From: a virus | Reading direction: 5' to 3' (one strand) | DNA: 64,000 bases | IMG/VR virus record: IMGVR_UViG_3300046744_000223 | Location: 108,941 to 172,940 of that record | Part shown: piece by piece, positions 1 to 9,922 of the stretch | Layout of the letters: each line of letters begins with the position of its first letter | Numbering within the stretch: position 1 is the stretch's first letter | Position numbers and translations under genes: made by a program | The notes under the pieces: generated by a model | The model's input: only the letters and a program-made list of their open reading frames with translations | Database searches by the model: none | Told to the model about the DNA's origin: nothing

Positions 1-691
1 TGATGTTAGGCATTAGATGCACCGCGTACTTATAACTTGATAGGAGTTTCATCCACTCTGAAAATGTAACGTGTGGTAATACCTCTACCAATTGGCTTTC
101 GTTTGCAACTGTTCTCATTTTAGGTACTGATATTGGTTTGTTAAACTCACTCGATACCAAGTAAGAATCAAACCCACCATACCAAGAAGTGAAATTACCA
201 CCCATCATAACCTTTTCTTCTTTTGTAGTATCTTTTAAATATACAAAATTATCTTCAATAATCAAAGTGGGGATTGTGTGAATTTCTTTATCAGAAGAGG
301 TTATACCTTTAAAATAGTTAAAATCCGTTACATTTTCAGTAAAGATACCATCTACTTCTTGTAATAAATTATAATGCCAAATCTGATGATGAAGTTCTTT
401 TGTTTGATATATTTGCGCGGTTGCCTCTTGCATAAACCAAATCTTCTTACCAAACTCCCTCAAATCTGATACCAACTTTTCTTTTTGGTATACAAAATCT
501 CTGAGTTTATCAGTCTTACTAATGAGTAGAATGATATGGTCGTATTCAGATTGTAATTGCTCCATCTGATAGAAACAATAATGGTCTGCGTTTAGAGCAC
601 AAAATTGAGCAAACTCAGTTCTCATATGTGGGTGGTCTCTACCCACCTTACCAGTAAATGGTAACTCCGATATAAATGCTATTCTCCCCAT
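1..691 (-). CDS. Putative glycosyltransferase (partial, runs off window start)
   Basis: Manual translation from ATG at 691 (MGRIAFISELPFTGKVGRDHPHMRTEFAQF...YKYAVHLMPNI), open to the window edge; lies in the glycan cluster; not in the ORF track. Confidence 0.55.
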   Translation of the reverse strand, partial: MGRIAFISELPFTGKVGRDHPHMRTEFAQFCALNADHYCFYQMEQLQSEYDHIILLISKTDKLRDFVYQKEKLVSDLREFGKKIWFMQEATAQIYQTKELHHQIWHYNLLQEVDGIFTENVTDFNYFKGITSSDKEIHTIPTLIIEDNFVYLKDTTKEEKVMMGGNFTSWYGGFDSYLVSSEFNKPISVPKMRTVANESQLVEVLPHVTFSEWMKLLSSYKYAVHLMPNI

Positions 692-1446
692 AATTCCTCG
701 TATGCTCTTTTTATAAAGTATGATGAGTTTCTATTCAATCCATTTTTAGGAATTGCATTAAAATGATATACCCATGCTTGTTCGTATAGATTATCCATAC
801 CATCACCCCACCATGATTGGCCAAAGTTAAGTAGGTTCTTACTCGACATATGGTGTAGATTGAATGTGGCAGGTAACATCTTCAAATCAATTCCTTGAGT
901 TTGTATCAGATAGTTTATAACAGTTTGGTCAGTACCCAATCCTGCTTTTTGCTTTTCTACCAAAGTATCTTGATTTTTAAAATAAAAGTCTAATACGTAA
1001 TCAAAGAATTCTCTATGGGATTCGTTTACAATTTGAAATCCACCATTGAAATACATACCCCTATCCAACTTGTAGTCATCAAACATATCTTTGTAGTGTC
1101 TTAATGACCTACCAGTCCATTCCCAACATCCCAAATCAAGAACGCCCGTGTATTTACGTTCGTTCATTTCAAAGAAATTAGGTGTATCCGGATGGACTAT
1201 TGTATCAGAATCAACCATTAGAACTTGGTCAAACTCTATATCATTATGGTCAAGTATTTTAAATAAGTGATATCGTTGCCATGGGATAGTCATCTCTTCC
1301 CAAGTATATAACGCAGTATCCCAAATTACAACTTCAGCATTATTTTTCTCGGCCCACTTCTGCCAAGATTGAATACTGTAATTGTATGCGTGGTGCCTTC
1401 CACGACCTGCATCAATTGCCGGTATGAATATTATGTTCTTTTTCAT
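679..1446 (-). CDS. GT-A fold glycosyltransferase (GT8-like)
   Basis: VLMVDSD DxD motif, YFNGGF, TDQTVIN and C-terminal YHFN. Confidence 0.75.
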   Translation of the reverse strand: MKKNIIFIPAIDAGRGRHHAYNYSIQSWQKWAEKNNAEVVIWDTALYTWEEMTIPWQRYHLFKILDHNDIEFDQVLMVDSDTIVHPDTPNFFEMNERKYTGVLDLGCWEWTGRSLRHYKDMFDDYKLDRGMYFNGGFQIVNESHREFFDYVLDFYFKNQDTLVEKQKAGLGTDQTVINYLIQTQGIDLKMLPATFNLHHMSSKNLLNFGQSWWGDGMDNLYEQAWVYHFNAIPKNGLNRNSSYFIKRAYEELWGE

Positions 1447-2278
1447 TTATATAACTTGTTATGTAATTATCTATATCCTTAGTTGGCATCCAACCAAGTA
1501 TTTCATTAGCAAGTGTATCTTCACAAAGAGTTACCAATGCTTCACCTGGCTTATCATCTTCATAAACAATATCATCATAGTTGAACATATCTGCTATGTC
1601 TTTAACAGAGTAGTTTTTACCTCTACCAAGTTCAAAGTCATACCCATATGCCCCTTGTTCCATAATCTTTACTAATGCGTCTACGATATCGTCAATATGA
1701 GTAAAGTCTCTACGTTTAGTTCCATCACCAAAAATAGTAAGCGACTTCCCATCTTCAATTGCCTTTTCCCATTTACCAATTAAAGTACAATACCCACCAT
1801 CTTTTAGATGATGTGGTCCATATACATTGTAAAATCGTGTAATTGATGATTTCAACTCATAATGTTTCTGATAAAGTGAAATGATGTCTTCACCCACATC
1901 TTTTGAGAATGTGTATGGATTCTTAAATCTACCACTATGTTTTGATGATGAACCAGCGTATATGATTGGTACGTTATTATTAGCACACCAATCTACCAAG
2001 TTCAGAGTTCCATTTGCATTGGTAGTAAAATATTCTTTGGGTAATTTGAATGATGGTTGGATACGGGCAATTGCTGCCAAGTGAAATACAACATCAACAT
2101 CCATAAACTCAGTAATGTTTCTGAGGTCGTGGTTTAGATACTTACATCCTTTTTGATGATTTTGTACATTACCAGTATAATAATTGTCGATAGATACTAC
2201 ATTGTGTCCATCTTTCAATAATCTTTTGATGAGGTTTGTTCCTACAAAACCTGCACCACCTGTAACTAATATTTTCAT
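1412..2278 (-). CDS. NAD-dependent nucleotide-sugar epimerase/dehydratase (extended SDR)
   Basis: [13 protein letters not shown], YxxxK (YTFSK), RFYNVYGP, RDFTHIDD; start placed at 2278 (TAATG overlap). Confidence 0.9.
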   Translation of the reverse strand: MKILVTGGAGFVGTNLIKRLLKDGHNVVSIDNYYTGNVQNHQKGCKYLNHDLRNITEFMDVDVVFHLAAIARIQPSFKLPKEYFTTNANGTLNLVDWCANNNVPIIYAGSSSKHSGRFKNPYTFSKDVGEDIISLYQKHYELKSSITRFYNVYGPHHLKDGGYCTLIGKWEKAIEDGKSLTIFGDGTKRRDFTHIDDIVDALVKIMEQGAYGYDFELGRGKNYSVKDIADMFNYDDIVYEDDKPGEALVTLCEDTLANEILGWMPTKDIDNYITSYINEKEHNIHTGN

Positions 2279-2913
2279 TATCCTAATCCTTTCCAAGTTG
2301 CACCATTACCAGTATAGTAGTGATTTACTTCAACTTTTGGTGTATATAAATATGATTTACCATCTTTTAAAATATCAATTGCCCAATATCTATCTTCTTT
2401 TGTAGATAATTCCTCATCAAACGGAGTTTCTATCAAATCAGACTTATTGTAGAAACAAAACGCATTATGTAAAAATGGTCTATCTTCAATAGTAGAATGC
2501 ATATTAACCACCTCACTATCTACAAAATGAGACCATATATATCTCTTGTTAATTTTCTTTCCACGATATATTGGAATTTGATTACCAAATACTGCTGAAT
2601 GAAACTTTAGTAATGATTGGACCGATTTCAAATCCATCTTAGTAATTTGAGAGTGTGCTGATAGTATCAATATAATATCATTACTACACATATTGACTGC
2701 CACATTCAACGATTTACCTGGTGTATAGTTTTCTATATTAGAGGTTATTATATTGAGTCGTGTATTGAATAGTGTAACTACATCCATAGAATCATCAGTA
2801 GAGTTGTTATCCATCACAATCACCTCTGCATTAGGAATGTGGTCACATATAGATTGTAGTGTAAACCCAATATATTCACCCTCATTTCTATTTCTAACTA
2901 TGATACTTATCAT
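2278..2913 (-). CDS. Family 2 glycosyltransferase
   Basis: [26 protein letters not shown] motif. Confidence 0.8.
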   Translation of the reverse strand: MISIIVRNRNEGEYIGFTLQSICDHIPNAEVIVMDNNSTDDSMDVVTLFNTRLNIITSNIENYTPGKSLNVAVNMCSNDIILILSAHSQITKMDLKSVQSLLKFHSAVFGNQIPIYRGKKINKRYIWSHFVDSEVVNMHSTIEDRPFLHNAFCFYNKSDLIETPFDEELSTKEDRYWAIDILKDGKSYLYTPKVEVNHYYTGNGATWKGLG

Positions 2914-3716
2914 TTAAATATCCTCGATAATGTTGTATAATCAATAGCTTGTGCTGGGTCACTTATAGACATATCTGGATTGGGGTGTGATTCTATAATC
3001 AACCCATCAGCACCAATGGCCATTGCAGCTTTAGATACCGGCTCTACAAAATTACGATATCCAGTTGAATGACTTGGGTCATATATGATTGGGATGTTAG
3101 TAAACTCTTTCAAAGCAGGAATCATCATAAGGTCAGGTGCCCAACGTGTTGTTGGGTGTATGTGTCTATAAGATGGCATTCCAACTACACCTCTAAGACA
3201 TATAGCAACATTTCTATTACCACCTACTAAGATTCGTTCAACTGCGCCTAAGATTTCATCAAGAGTTCCCCAAGTACCTCGTTTGAGTAATACTGGAGTA
3301 TCTTGCTTTCCAAGAGCGTCTAATAGTGTATAGTTCTGAAAATTACGAGTTCCTATTTGAAATACATCGGCAACCTCACCAACTTCATCAATCATACTCG
3401 CATCCATTACTTCAGTAACAATTGGGAGTCCAGATTCCTTCTTAGCAATCGCCAACAACTCAAGACCTTCTTTACGAAGACCCTCTTTCCACCCATTAGT
3501 TTCTTTTGTGATTGGGAATGTACATGGTTTGTAAGCACCTGCTCTTAGAGCATCCGCGCCACATCTTTTCATATCTTTTGCAATCTCAATGATTGACTCA
3601 CCCTCAACTGAACAAGGACCTGCAATCTTGAAGTAATCCCAATTGAAGGTTTCGTTTGGGTCGATTGAAATGTTTAACTTACCTTGGTCTTTTAGTGACT
3701 GAATGTATTCGTTCAT
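2910..3716 (-). CDS. DAHP synthase (class I-beta)-like PEP aldolase, catalytic core only
   Basis: [51 protein letters not shown]; KPRT replaced by KPCT. Confidence 0.85.
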   Translation of the reverse strand: MNEYIQSLKDQGKLNISIDPNETFNWDYFKIAGPCSVEGESIIEIAKDMKRCGADALRAGAYKPCTFPITKETNGWKEGLRKEGLELLAIAKKESGLPIVTEVMDASMIDEVGEVADVFQIGTRNFQNYTLLDALGKQDTPVLLKRGTWGTLDEILGAVERILVGGNRNVAICLRGVVGMPSYRHIHPTTRWAPDLMMIPALKEFTNIPIIYDPSHSTGYRNFVEPVSKAAMAIGADGLIIESHPNPDMSISDPAQAIDYTTLSRIFK

Positions 3717-4255
3717 TTGTAATATTGTTTTACTTTTTCTAAATCATCTTCAGTATGGATATCAGTAGCAGTTTCCTTTACACATCCGATTCGGTAACTA
3801 ACTTTACCTTGTTTGAGTAAGTCGTACTTGAATAATCTCATTGCACCACTCCTACGATATGTGTCATCTACCGTAATGATATCATCATACTTATTGTCAA
3901 TCATATAGTCAAGACACTCATCAAGAGTGTTGACTCGATTGGGGTTATCTGGTTGTAATCCAACTACAATATCATACTCTTCTTTGATTTCATTGATGAT
4001 GTGTTCATACACATCTACGACCTCAACATCCCCACACAAATCAGCAGGCCTCTTGTGGAATCTTACTTCGTATTTATTACAAATCTCCTCAACAACATCA
4101 CTCTCAGATGATACGATAACCTCTACATGGTATTGACTTGCGTTTGCGTAATCAACTGAATGTAGGAACATGGGTTTACCATCAATCTCTCTAATGTTCT
4201 TGTGTTTTAGTCTTTTAGAATCCAGCTTTGCTGGAATTATTGCTAGTACTCTCAT
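3713..4255 (-). CDS. CMP-ulosonic acid synthetase (NeuA/KdsB-family cytidylyltransferase)
   Basis: [32 protein letters not shown]. Confidence 0.85.
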   Translation of the reverse strand: MRVLAIIPAKLDSKRLKHKNIREIDGKPMFLHSVDYANASQYHVEVIVSSESDVVEEICNKYEVRFHKRPADLCGDVEVVDVYEHIINEIKEEYDIVVGLQPDNPNRVNTLDECLDYMIDNKYDDIITVDDTYRRSGAMRLFKYDLLKQGKVSYRIGCVKETATDIHTEDDLEKVKQYYK

Positions 4256-5175
4256 AATTTATCTATACTCCATTTATATGCTTTGGTCTGACCTTGTATG
4301 GTCATTCCTCCTGTATGTGGTGTAAATATACAATTTAATTTTGAATTTTCCAAATTAAAGAATGGTGATTTAGATGGGTCACCAAACTCATTTTCGATAA
4401 CATCAGTACCATACCCCCACAACTTACACTCGTGTAGTGCCTTTATGATATCAGTTTCATTTACAATCTCACCACGGGATGTATTTACCAAGAACTTAAC
4501 ACCACGTGAAAGTAAATCATAATCAATCATATGTCGTGTTTCGTTTGTGACGTGTACGTGAAGTGATACTGCGTCACATATGTCAAACAACTCTTCCAAT
4601 GTGTCAATATTAGACTCATCTGAATATGGGTCGTGGATGTAAACCTCAGCATCAAACGCTCTACAAAACTTAGCCATCATCTTACCCAATCTACCATAAC
4701 CAACGATGCCAACTTTGTAGTCTTTCATTTGCTGGCCTACAAATGGTAGGTAATCCCAACTTTTATCTCGTTTGGTCACATTGTTTGACATTGTGATGTT
4801 TCTCATCAAGTCAAGGAGTATCCCAAACGCCAATTCTGAGGTAGATGGTAGTTGATTGATTAGTTCGAAGTCGTTTTTATGACATTGGATTTCAATACCC
4901 ACCGATTCACAATATTCTAAGTCAATGTGATTTAGTCCGGTAGATGCGGTATTGATAATACGAACCATAGTATTCCGTAACAACCCCTCATCAATTTTGT
5001 AACTTTGTTGATTTGGATTGCAGAATATAGTATCAATTGGGTTGTTAAGTAATAATTCTCTAACTTGGTGCCGTGTCCCATATTCTAACATAAAAACATC
5101 ACCTTTTGAATCTAACAACTCAACTACCCCATCCAAATGGGTTACGGGAGTAACAACTGCAATCTTATTTTTCAT
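4252..5175 (-). CDS. D-isomer-specific 2-hydroxyacid dehydrogenase
   Basis: VGIVGYGRLG, LVNTSRGEIV, TDVIENE, FTPHTGG. Confidence 0.85.
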   Translation of the reverse strand: MKNKIAVVTPVTHLDGVVELLDSKGDVFMLEYGTRHQVRELLLNNPIDTIFCNPNQQSYKIDEGLLRNTMVRIINTASTGLNHIDLEYCESVGIEIQCHKNDFELINQLPSTSELAFGILLDLMRNITMSNNVTKRDKSWDYLPFVGQQMKDYKVGIVGYGRLGKMMAKFCRAFDAEVYIHDPYSDESNIDTLEELFDICDAVSLHVHVTNETRHMIDYDLLSRGVKFLVNTSRGEIVNETDIIKALHECKLWGYGTDVIENEFGDPSKSPFFNLENSKLNCIFTPHTGGMTIQGQTKAYKWSIDKL

Positions 5176-5828
5176 TACATTGATTGTAAATCTTTCTCAA
5201 ATAACTCAATACCCGTTGTAGTCAATGCGTGTTCGAACATTTGTTCAAGTACTTTCAATGGTACTGTGATTACATCAGCTCCTGCTTTTGCTGCTTTGAC
5301 AACGTGCATTGGATGTCTTACACTTGAAACCATAATGTTAGTGTCAAACGAATATCTCTCGTTAAAGGTTTTTACCAACTCACCAATAAACAACATAGCA
5401 TCATGACCCGTGTCATCAAGTCTACCAACTAACGGACAAATGTAAGTGGAATTAACATTAGCACATAGTATAGCCTGATTATGTGAGAATATCAGATGCA
5501 TATTTGTTTTATCACCATTACGTGTTGCAGAATTACAGGCGTCAATACCTGCAGGTGAGAATGGAATTTTAAAAACCAAATCAATGTCATTTGATTTTGC
5601 TTTTAATCGTTCGATATTAGATAAGATTTCATCCTTAGTAGTACCCCATGCTTCAACGTGAATTTCACCAACTGGCATAACTCCTCTGATTTTTTTAATC
5701 ATATCGATGTCGTCATCCATACCATGTCGTTTCGCCAAAGTAGGGTTCGTAGTAACTCCGGCTAATATACCCATATCTGAGTATTTTTGAATTGAACTTA
5801 ATTCTAAAGTGTCTAAAAATACTTTCAT
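5175..5828 (-). CDS. Transaldolase/fructose-6-phosphate aldolase family protein (TalC-like)
   Basis: FLDT, GVTTNPTL, Schiff-base VFKIP, PLVGRLDD, SVRHP, GADVITVP. Confidence 0.9.
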   Translation of the reverse strand: MKVFLDTLELSSIQKYSDMGILAGVTTNPTLAKRHGMDDDIDMIKKIRGVMPVGEIHVEAWGTTKDEILSNIERLKAKSNDIDLVFKIPFSPAGIDACNSATRNGDKTNMHLIFSHNQAILCANVNSTYICPLVGRLDDTGHDAMLFIGELVKTFNERYSFDTNIMVSSVRHPMHVVKAAKAGADVITVPLKVLEQMFEHALTTTGIELFEKDLQSM

Positions 5829-5839
5829 AATTTTACGTT

Positions 5840-6310
5840 TTATTTAATTGATTTTAATGTTACTTTTAACTGACCTTTACGTCTATCCGTAGTAAACTTT
5901 TGAGATACCATCTCGTAGTTACAGGTTATGCCATACGTATGTGCTATTCTATAATGATTTGATTTACCATTGATTCCACCATGCCACTTTGAACAAAAGT
6001 AACCAAACGACTCCTCATTAAAAACTCGCTTGTGTGTTGGGTCTGCTAATGCCATTGCAGATGCTTCATGAGGTACTACGATATCTATCGTACCACCTGG
6101 TTTTAGGATTCGCCACAACTCATTCATAACAAAAATAATATTATCAATGTGTTCTAATATCATAATTGCTTTGATTTCACTAACCGTATTATCATCGAGT
6201 GGAATTCCCTTTTCGATATCACAACAAATATCTGGATTTACTGATGGGTCAATATCAACATTTAAGAATCCTGGAAACTTTTCTTTGTATGAACCTAAGT
6301 TTAATTTCAT
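5840..6310 (-). CDS. SAM-dependent methyltransferase (type 11-like)
   Basis: LNLGS..FLNVD, ILEH, RILKPGG, DPTH. Confidence 0.75.
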   Translation of the reverse strand: MKLNLGSYKEKFPGFLNVDIDPSVNPDICCDIEKGIPLDDNTVSEIKAIMILEHIDNIIFVMNELWRILKPGGTIDIVVPHEASAMALADPTHKRVFNEESFGYFCSKWHGGINGKSNHYRIAHTYGITCNYEMVSQKFTTDRRKGQLKVTLKSIK

Positions 6311-6906
6311 AATTTTATTTTTTTTAGTGATAACAAATGATATGGATTACTATGTGCTTTTCTACCTGGCTGATACCACTCATCTACAACGTCAAATCCA
6401 TTCTCGATTAGTTGACTACTGAGTAACTCTCCATCAATTTCCCAATGTTTATGATGTTCACCTTTTAGACTTTTTGGTGTTTTTTGCATATGTGGGTGTG
6501 AAACTATCAAATGACCACCTAACTCTAATAACTCATAAAACTTCATACAAGTTTCAATTAGAGGATTCTCTAAGTGTTCTAATGTTTCTAAACTAACGAT
6601 GACATCAAACTTACCATTCACATTATTCTGAAAATCAGATTCTAAATCAATTACATCGTATGTTATATTTTCAGCACCCCAATACGTTCTACAATATTCT
6701 AATGCTTCTTCTGAGTTATCCAATGATAATACTGACTTGGCACTTTGTGCTAAAATATTAGAACCATACCCAATCCCACAAGCTGCATCTAATACGACAT
6801 CACCATCACTAACAAACTTATTAGCAAACCGATACCTTTCTACGTGTTTTGGTTCAATTTCTTGAATATTTTTACCTATTTGGCGTTCGCCATTGAATCC
6901 ATCCAT
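6307..6906 (-). CDS. Class I SAM-dependent methyltransferase
   Basis: HVERY, VLDAACGIGYG, FDVIVSLETLEH. Confidence 0.85.
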   Translation of the reverse strand: MDGFNGERQIGKNIQEIEPKHVERYRFANKFVSDGDVVLDAACGIGYGSNILAQSAKSVLSLDNSEEALEYCRTYWGAENITYDVIDLESDFQNNVNGKFDVIVSLETLEHLENPLIETCMKFYELLELGGHLIVSHPHMQKTPKSLKGEHHKHWEIDGELLSSQLIENGFDVVDEWYQPGRKAHSNPYHLLSLKKIKL

Positions 6907-6915
6907 AATTTTATT

Positions 6916-7224
6916 TTATATTTCTTCTATTCTTTTTGTTTTGTCACAAATCAATAAGTCGTATGGTGGTTTCTCACCTACACTCAGGTGGTGATATTTA
7001 CATCCCCAATCATCCAATTGCTTCTTAGTTACATCATACCAATCAATTCCCGTAGTACTTCCACGAGCGGTCCAATAGGTTATAGTATGACCTTCATCAT
7101 ACAATATACGAATTTTTTCTATATTTTCCAAATTTGGAATAGCTTCTGAGTAATCTGGATTTATATAAGTTCTATTTTCATAAAAACATATGGTCTCATC
7201 TATATCAACGTATATATTCATCAT
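6916..7224 (-). CDS. Small HAD-superfamily phosphatase (candidate ulosonate-phosphate phosphatase)
   Basis: YVDIDETI DxD motif, WTARG, KP.YDLLICDK. Confidence 0.8.
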   Translation of the reverse strand: MMNIYVDIDETICFYENRTYINPDYSEAIPNLENIEKIRILYDEGHTITYWTARGSTTGIDWYDVTKKQLDDWGCKYHHLSVGEKPPYDLLICDKTKRIEEI

Positions 7225-8033
7225 CTAATAACTTTACATATATTATTTAACATTGTTTCAAAATCACTTAATTTAATTGAGCTTGTTCCATCCGATAGTG
7301 CGTTATCTGGATCATCATGTACTTCTAAGAACATACCATCTACACCTACGGCTGCAGCAGCCTTTGCTAATGGTTCTATAAAATGTTTATTAGACCCACT
7401 GCTACCACCAGAACACCCTTTTTGAACTGCATGAGTTGCATCAAATATAACGGGAGCGTATTCTCTCATAGTTACTAAGTTTCTCATGTCCACTACATAG
7501 TCACCATACCCAAAGGTATTTCCACGTTCGGTTAGAACAACTTTGTTATTATCAGATGATACTACTTTATCAACCACCCTCTCCATATCCAATCCATTTA
7601 CAAATTGTGCTTTTTTAATATTTACTGGAAGGTTTGTTTTTGCAGAAGCCACCAATAAATCAGTTTGTCTACATAAAAATGCTGGTATTTGTATTAGGTC
7701 AATTGAATCTTTTAATACATCAGCTTGCCATGGTTCGTGTATGTCAGTAGTTACTGGAATATCTAATTCAGTACGGATTTTATTAAATATACGAGATGCT
7801 TCTTCAATAGAAACTCCTCTGTAGTTTTGTAACCGAGTTCGATTTGCTTTATCAAAAGATGCTTTAAAAATAAAAGGAATACCCAACTTAGAAGTAATAC
7901 GTTTTAACTCACGTGCCATATGTAAGGTATGTTCTTCACTTTCTATGACACATGGGCCGGATATCAATACAAATGGCAATGATTCGCCAAATGTTATACC
8001 ATCTCTTATTGTAACTGATTTAATTTTTTTCAT
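7221..8033 (-). CDS. kdsA: KDO8P synthase (3-deoxy-D-manno-octulosonate 8-phosphate synthase)
   Basis: GPCVIES, FKASFDKANRT, QIPAFLCRQTDLL, NIKKAQF, ERGNTFGY, FDATHAVQ, FLEVH..PDNALSDG. Confidence 0.95.
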   Translation of the reverse strand: MKKIKSVTIRDGITFGESLPFVLISGPCVIESEEHTLHMARELKRITSKLGIPFIFKASFDKANRTRLQNYRGVSIEEASRIFNKIRTELDIPVTTDIHEPWQADVLKDSIDLIQIPAFLCRQTDLLVASAKTNLPVNIKKAQFVNGLDMERVVDKVVSSDNNKVVLTERGNTFGYGDYVVDMRNLVTMREYAPVIFDATHAVQKGCSGGSSGSNKHFIEPLAKAAAAVGVDGMFLEVHDDPDNALSDGTSSIKLSDFETMLNNICKVIR

Positions 8034-8673
8034 TTGCTAAACATTCTGCTATTTTAAAATCACTTGGTGTATCAATGTCCCATGCTTCCAACATATCAAC
8101 TGTTTTAATATATGGGTTGAAGCCAATTCTTCTTTTGTGTTTCTTATACATATCCTTCGAGAATATATATAATCCGGAGTTTTCAACAATAATTGGCTTT
8201 AAGTCTTGAGTACGACTAATAGTTGAAGACATATTATAATTTAAGGGATTACCATCATACCAACAAAAATTGTTTACTTCATATGCTAAAAATGCCGAAT
8301 CGTATTCGTTTGACTTTATTTTGTCTATCATATCTACTATGGTAGATTGTTTTACGAATGGGGAAGTTACTGATAAAAATACAATATAGTCTGTATTTAT
8401 ATCATCTATAACCGAATCCAATATATCGTTAAATGTAACATAGTCCCCATCAAACTTGGTATCTCTTTTTAAGAATGTATAGTCTAAACTTGGATTTATG
8501 TAATCCACAACAGTGTCATCACTACAATACAAAAGTGTATCACTAATATCAGAAATTCCTGCTGCCTTGTCCACGCATATATTAACTAACGGATTACTAT
8601 TAAGTGTCTTTATACTTTTTTGTGGTAATCGCTTACTATTTAGTCTAACTGTTATGTATGCTGTAAACTTCAT
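8020..8673 (-). CDS. CMP-ulosonic acid synthetase (NeuA-like cytidylyltransferase)
   Basis: RLNSKRLPQKS, TSPF, RTQDL, ENSGLYIF, DIDTPSDF. Confidence 0.88.
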   Translation of the reverse strand: MKFTAYITVRLNSKRLPQKSIKTLNSNPLVNICVDKAAGISDISDTLLYCSDDTVVDYINPSLDYTFLKRDTKFDGDYVTFNDILDSVIDDINTDYIVFLSVTSPFVKQSTIVDMIDKIKSNEYDSAFLAYEVNNFCWYDGNPLNYNMSSTISRTQDLKPIIVENSGLYIFSKDMYKKHKRRIGFNPYIKTVDMLEAWDIDTPSDFKIAECLANEKN

Positions 8674-9386
8674 TTTTTTCTTGTTCTTAGGTTATCATAT
8701 TCGAATGGATTTAGAAGCATTATTTTATTTTCAGAAATCCAGTTTTGTACAAAGTCCATTTGTCTAAATCTATGCTTATCACCTTTAAAGTAATCTTTTC
8801 GATTCTTTTTGTGTTCAGCATCTTCTTCTTTATTGTAAAAGTTTAAAGCCCTGTCATCCTCACCACCTTCTAGGTAAAAGGTATGTCCTATAATTGTTAT
8901 TTTAGAAAAGTTAATAATTGCCCTATCTAATGTAATTAAACCAGTACCAACTCCTATGAACTTTCCTAAAGCTTGATTTTTTTTATACTTATGTCTGAAC
9001 TCCTTACCACCATAGTGTTTCGTTAAAAACCCCCAAGTATCACTATGTACATTTACATTATCAAACTCATGGTATCTATGACTCATCTCGTGACCTACAT
9101 CATCTTTTCTTGGCCAAATTGTAAGCGGTTCGGATTTGATTGGATGAAAATAATCCCATCTATAATTGCCAGTAGTAGACCAAATATCTATTTTCCTACC
9201 TGTGTGTTGATACATACCATCGAAAAAACATTTATTTACTCTAATTACAGTTTTAAACTTATCAATATATTTACCAAAATTATAACAATTCAAAGATGGG
9301 CTTGTACCAACTACTATTACATCGGTTTGTGGTTCAAATGTCTCAAAGTAGTTGTCTAACTTTTTAATATTGTCCAAAATCACCAC
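8670..9386 (-). CDS. GT29 sialyltransferase-like glycosyltransferase
   Basis: L-motif-like VIVVGTSPSL..GKYIDKFKTVIRVN..TGRKID and S-motif-like GTGLITL..IIGHTF. Confidence 0.7.
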   Translation of the reverse strand: MVILDNIKKLDNYFETFEPQTDVIVVGTSPSLNCYNFGKYIDKFKTVIRVNKCFFDGMYQHTGRKIDIWSTTGNYRWDYFHPIKSEPLTIWPRKDDVGHEMSHRYHEFDNVNVHSDTWGFLTKHYGGKEFRHKYKKNQALGKFIGVGTGLITLDRAIINFSKITIIGHTFYLEGGEDDRALNFYNKEEDAEHKKNRKDYFKGDKHRFRQMDFVQNWISENKIMLLNPFEYDNLRTRKK

Positions 9387-9922
9387 ACCATTACTTTGTT
9401 ATTCTCAATAAGGGTATTTACATAATCTATTTCAAGATTCCAACTATGATTGCCAGGTATATCTGATGACCCCTCTACTCCCCAATAATGATTAGTCTTT
9501 CCAAAATCAAATCCAACCAAGTTTAACACCTCATATGTATCTAACAAATAGTTAATTGTTAGAATGCCAGTAGACATTTTTTTAGAACCTAATTTGAAAT
9601 CGGATATGTGGTAATCAAATCCATCATAGTTACTCTTTATATCCTCCAATCTACCAACTCGCTTATCAGTATTAGTAATCGTGGTAGTTTTAATTAAGTT
9701 TGGGTGTTGGTTTTTTATACTCTCTATGTTATTTACATAGTAGTTTCTACTATCGGTAGTAAGTGCATTGTTAAGTATCCAATGAGTACATTTGTTACCT
9801 ATATAATCTTCAAATCCACGTACTCTGAATCTATTGAATCTATAAACGTGGTCGTATGAATCAATCAGACTACCATGCTTTTGGGTTGTGTCGGCATTAC
9901 CTACTAAGATACATTTATTCAT
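9380..9922 (-). CDS. Minimal GT29 sialyltransferase-like glycosyltransferase
   Basis: Sialylmotif L (CILVGN..IDSYDHVYRFN..IGNKCT), S (STGILTI..VGFD), III (HYW) and VS (HSWNLE). Confidence 0.8.
   Translation of the reverse strand: MNKCILVGNADTTQKHGSLIDSYDHVYRFNRFRVRGFEDYIGNKCTHWILNNALTTDSRNYYVNNIESIKNQHPNLIKTTTITNTDKRVGRLEDIKSNYDGFDYHISDFKLGSKKMSTGILTINYLLDTYEVLNLVGFDFGKTNHYWGVEGSSDIPGNHSWNLEIDYVNTLIENNKVMVW

Noticed and set aside
2910-5828. Ordinary shikimate or pentose-phosphate auxiliary metabolic genes
   Set aside because: Active-site substitutions and coupling to cytidylyltransferase and GT genes favour a sugar-nucleotide role; not fully excluded without assays.
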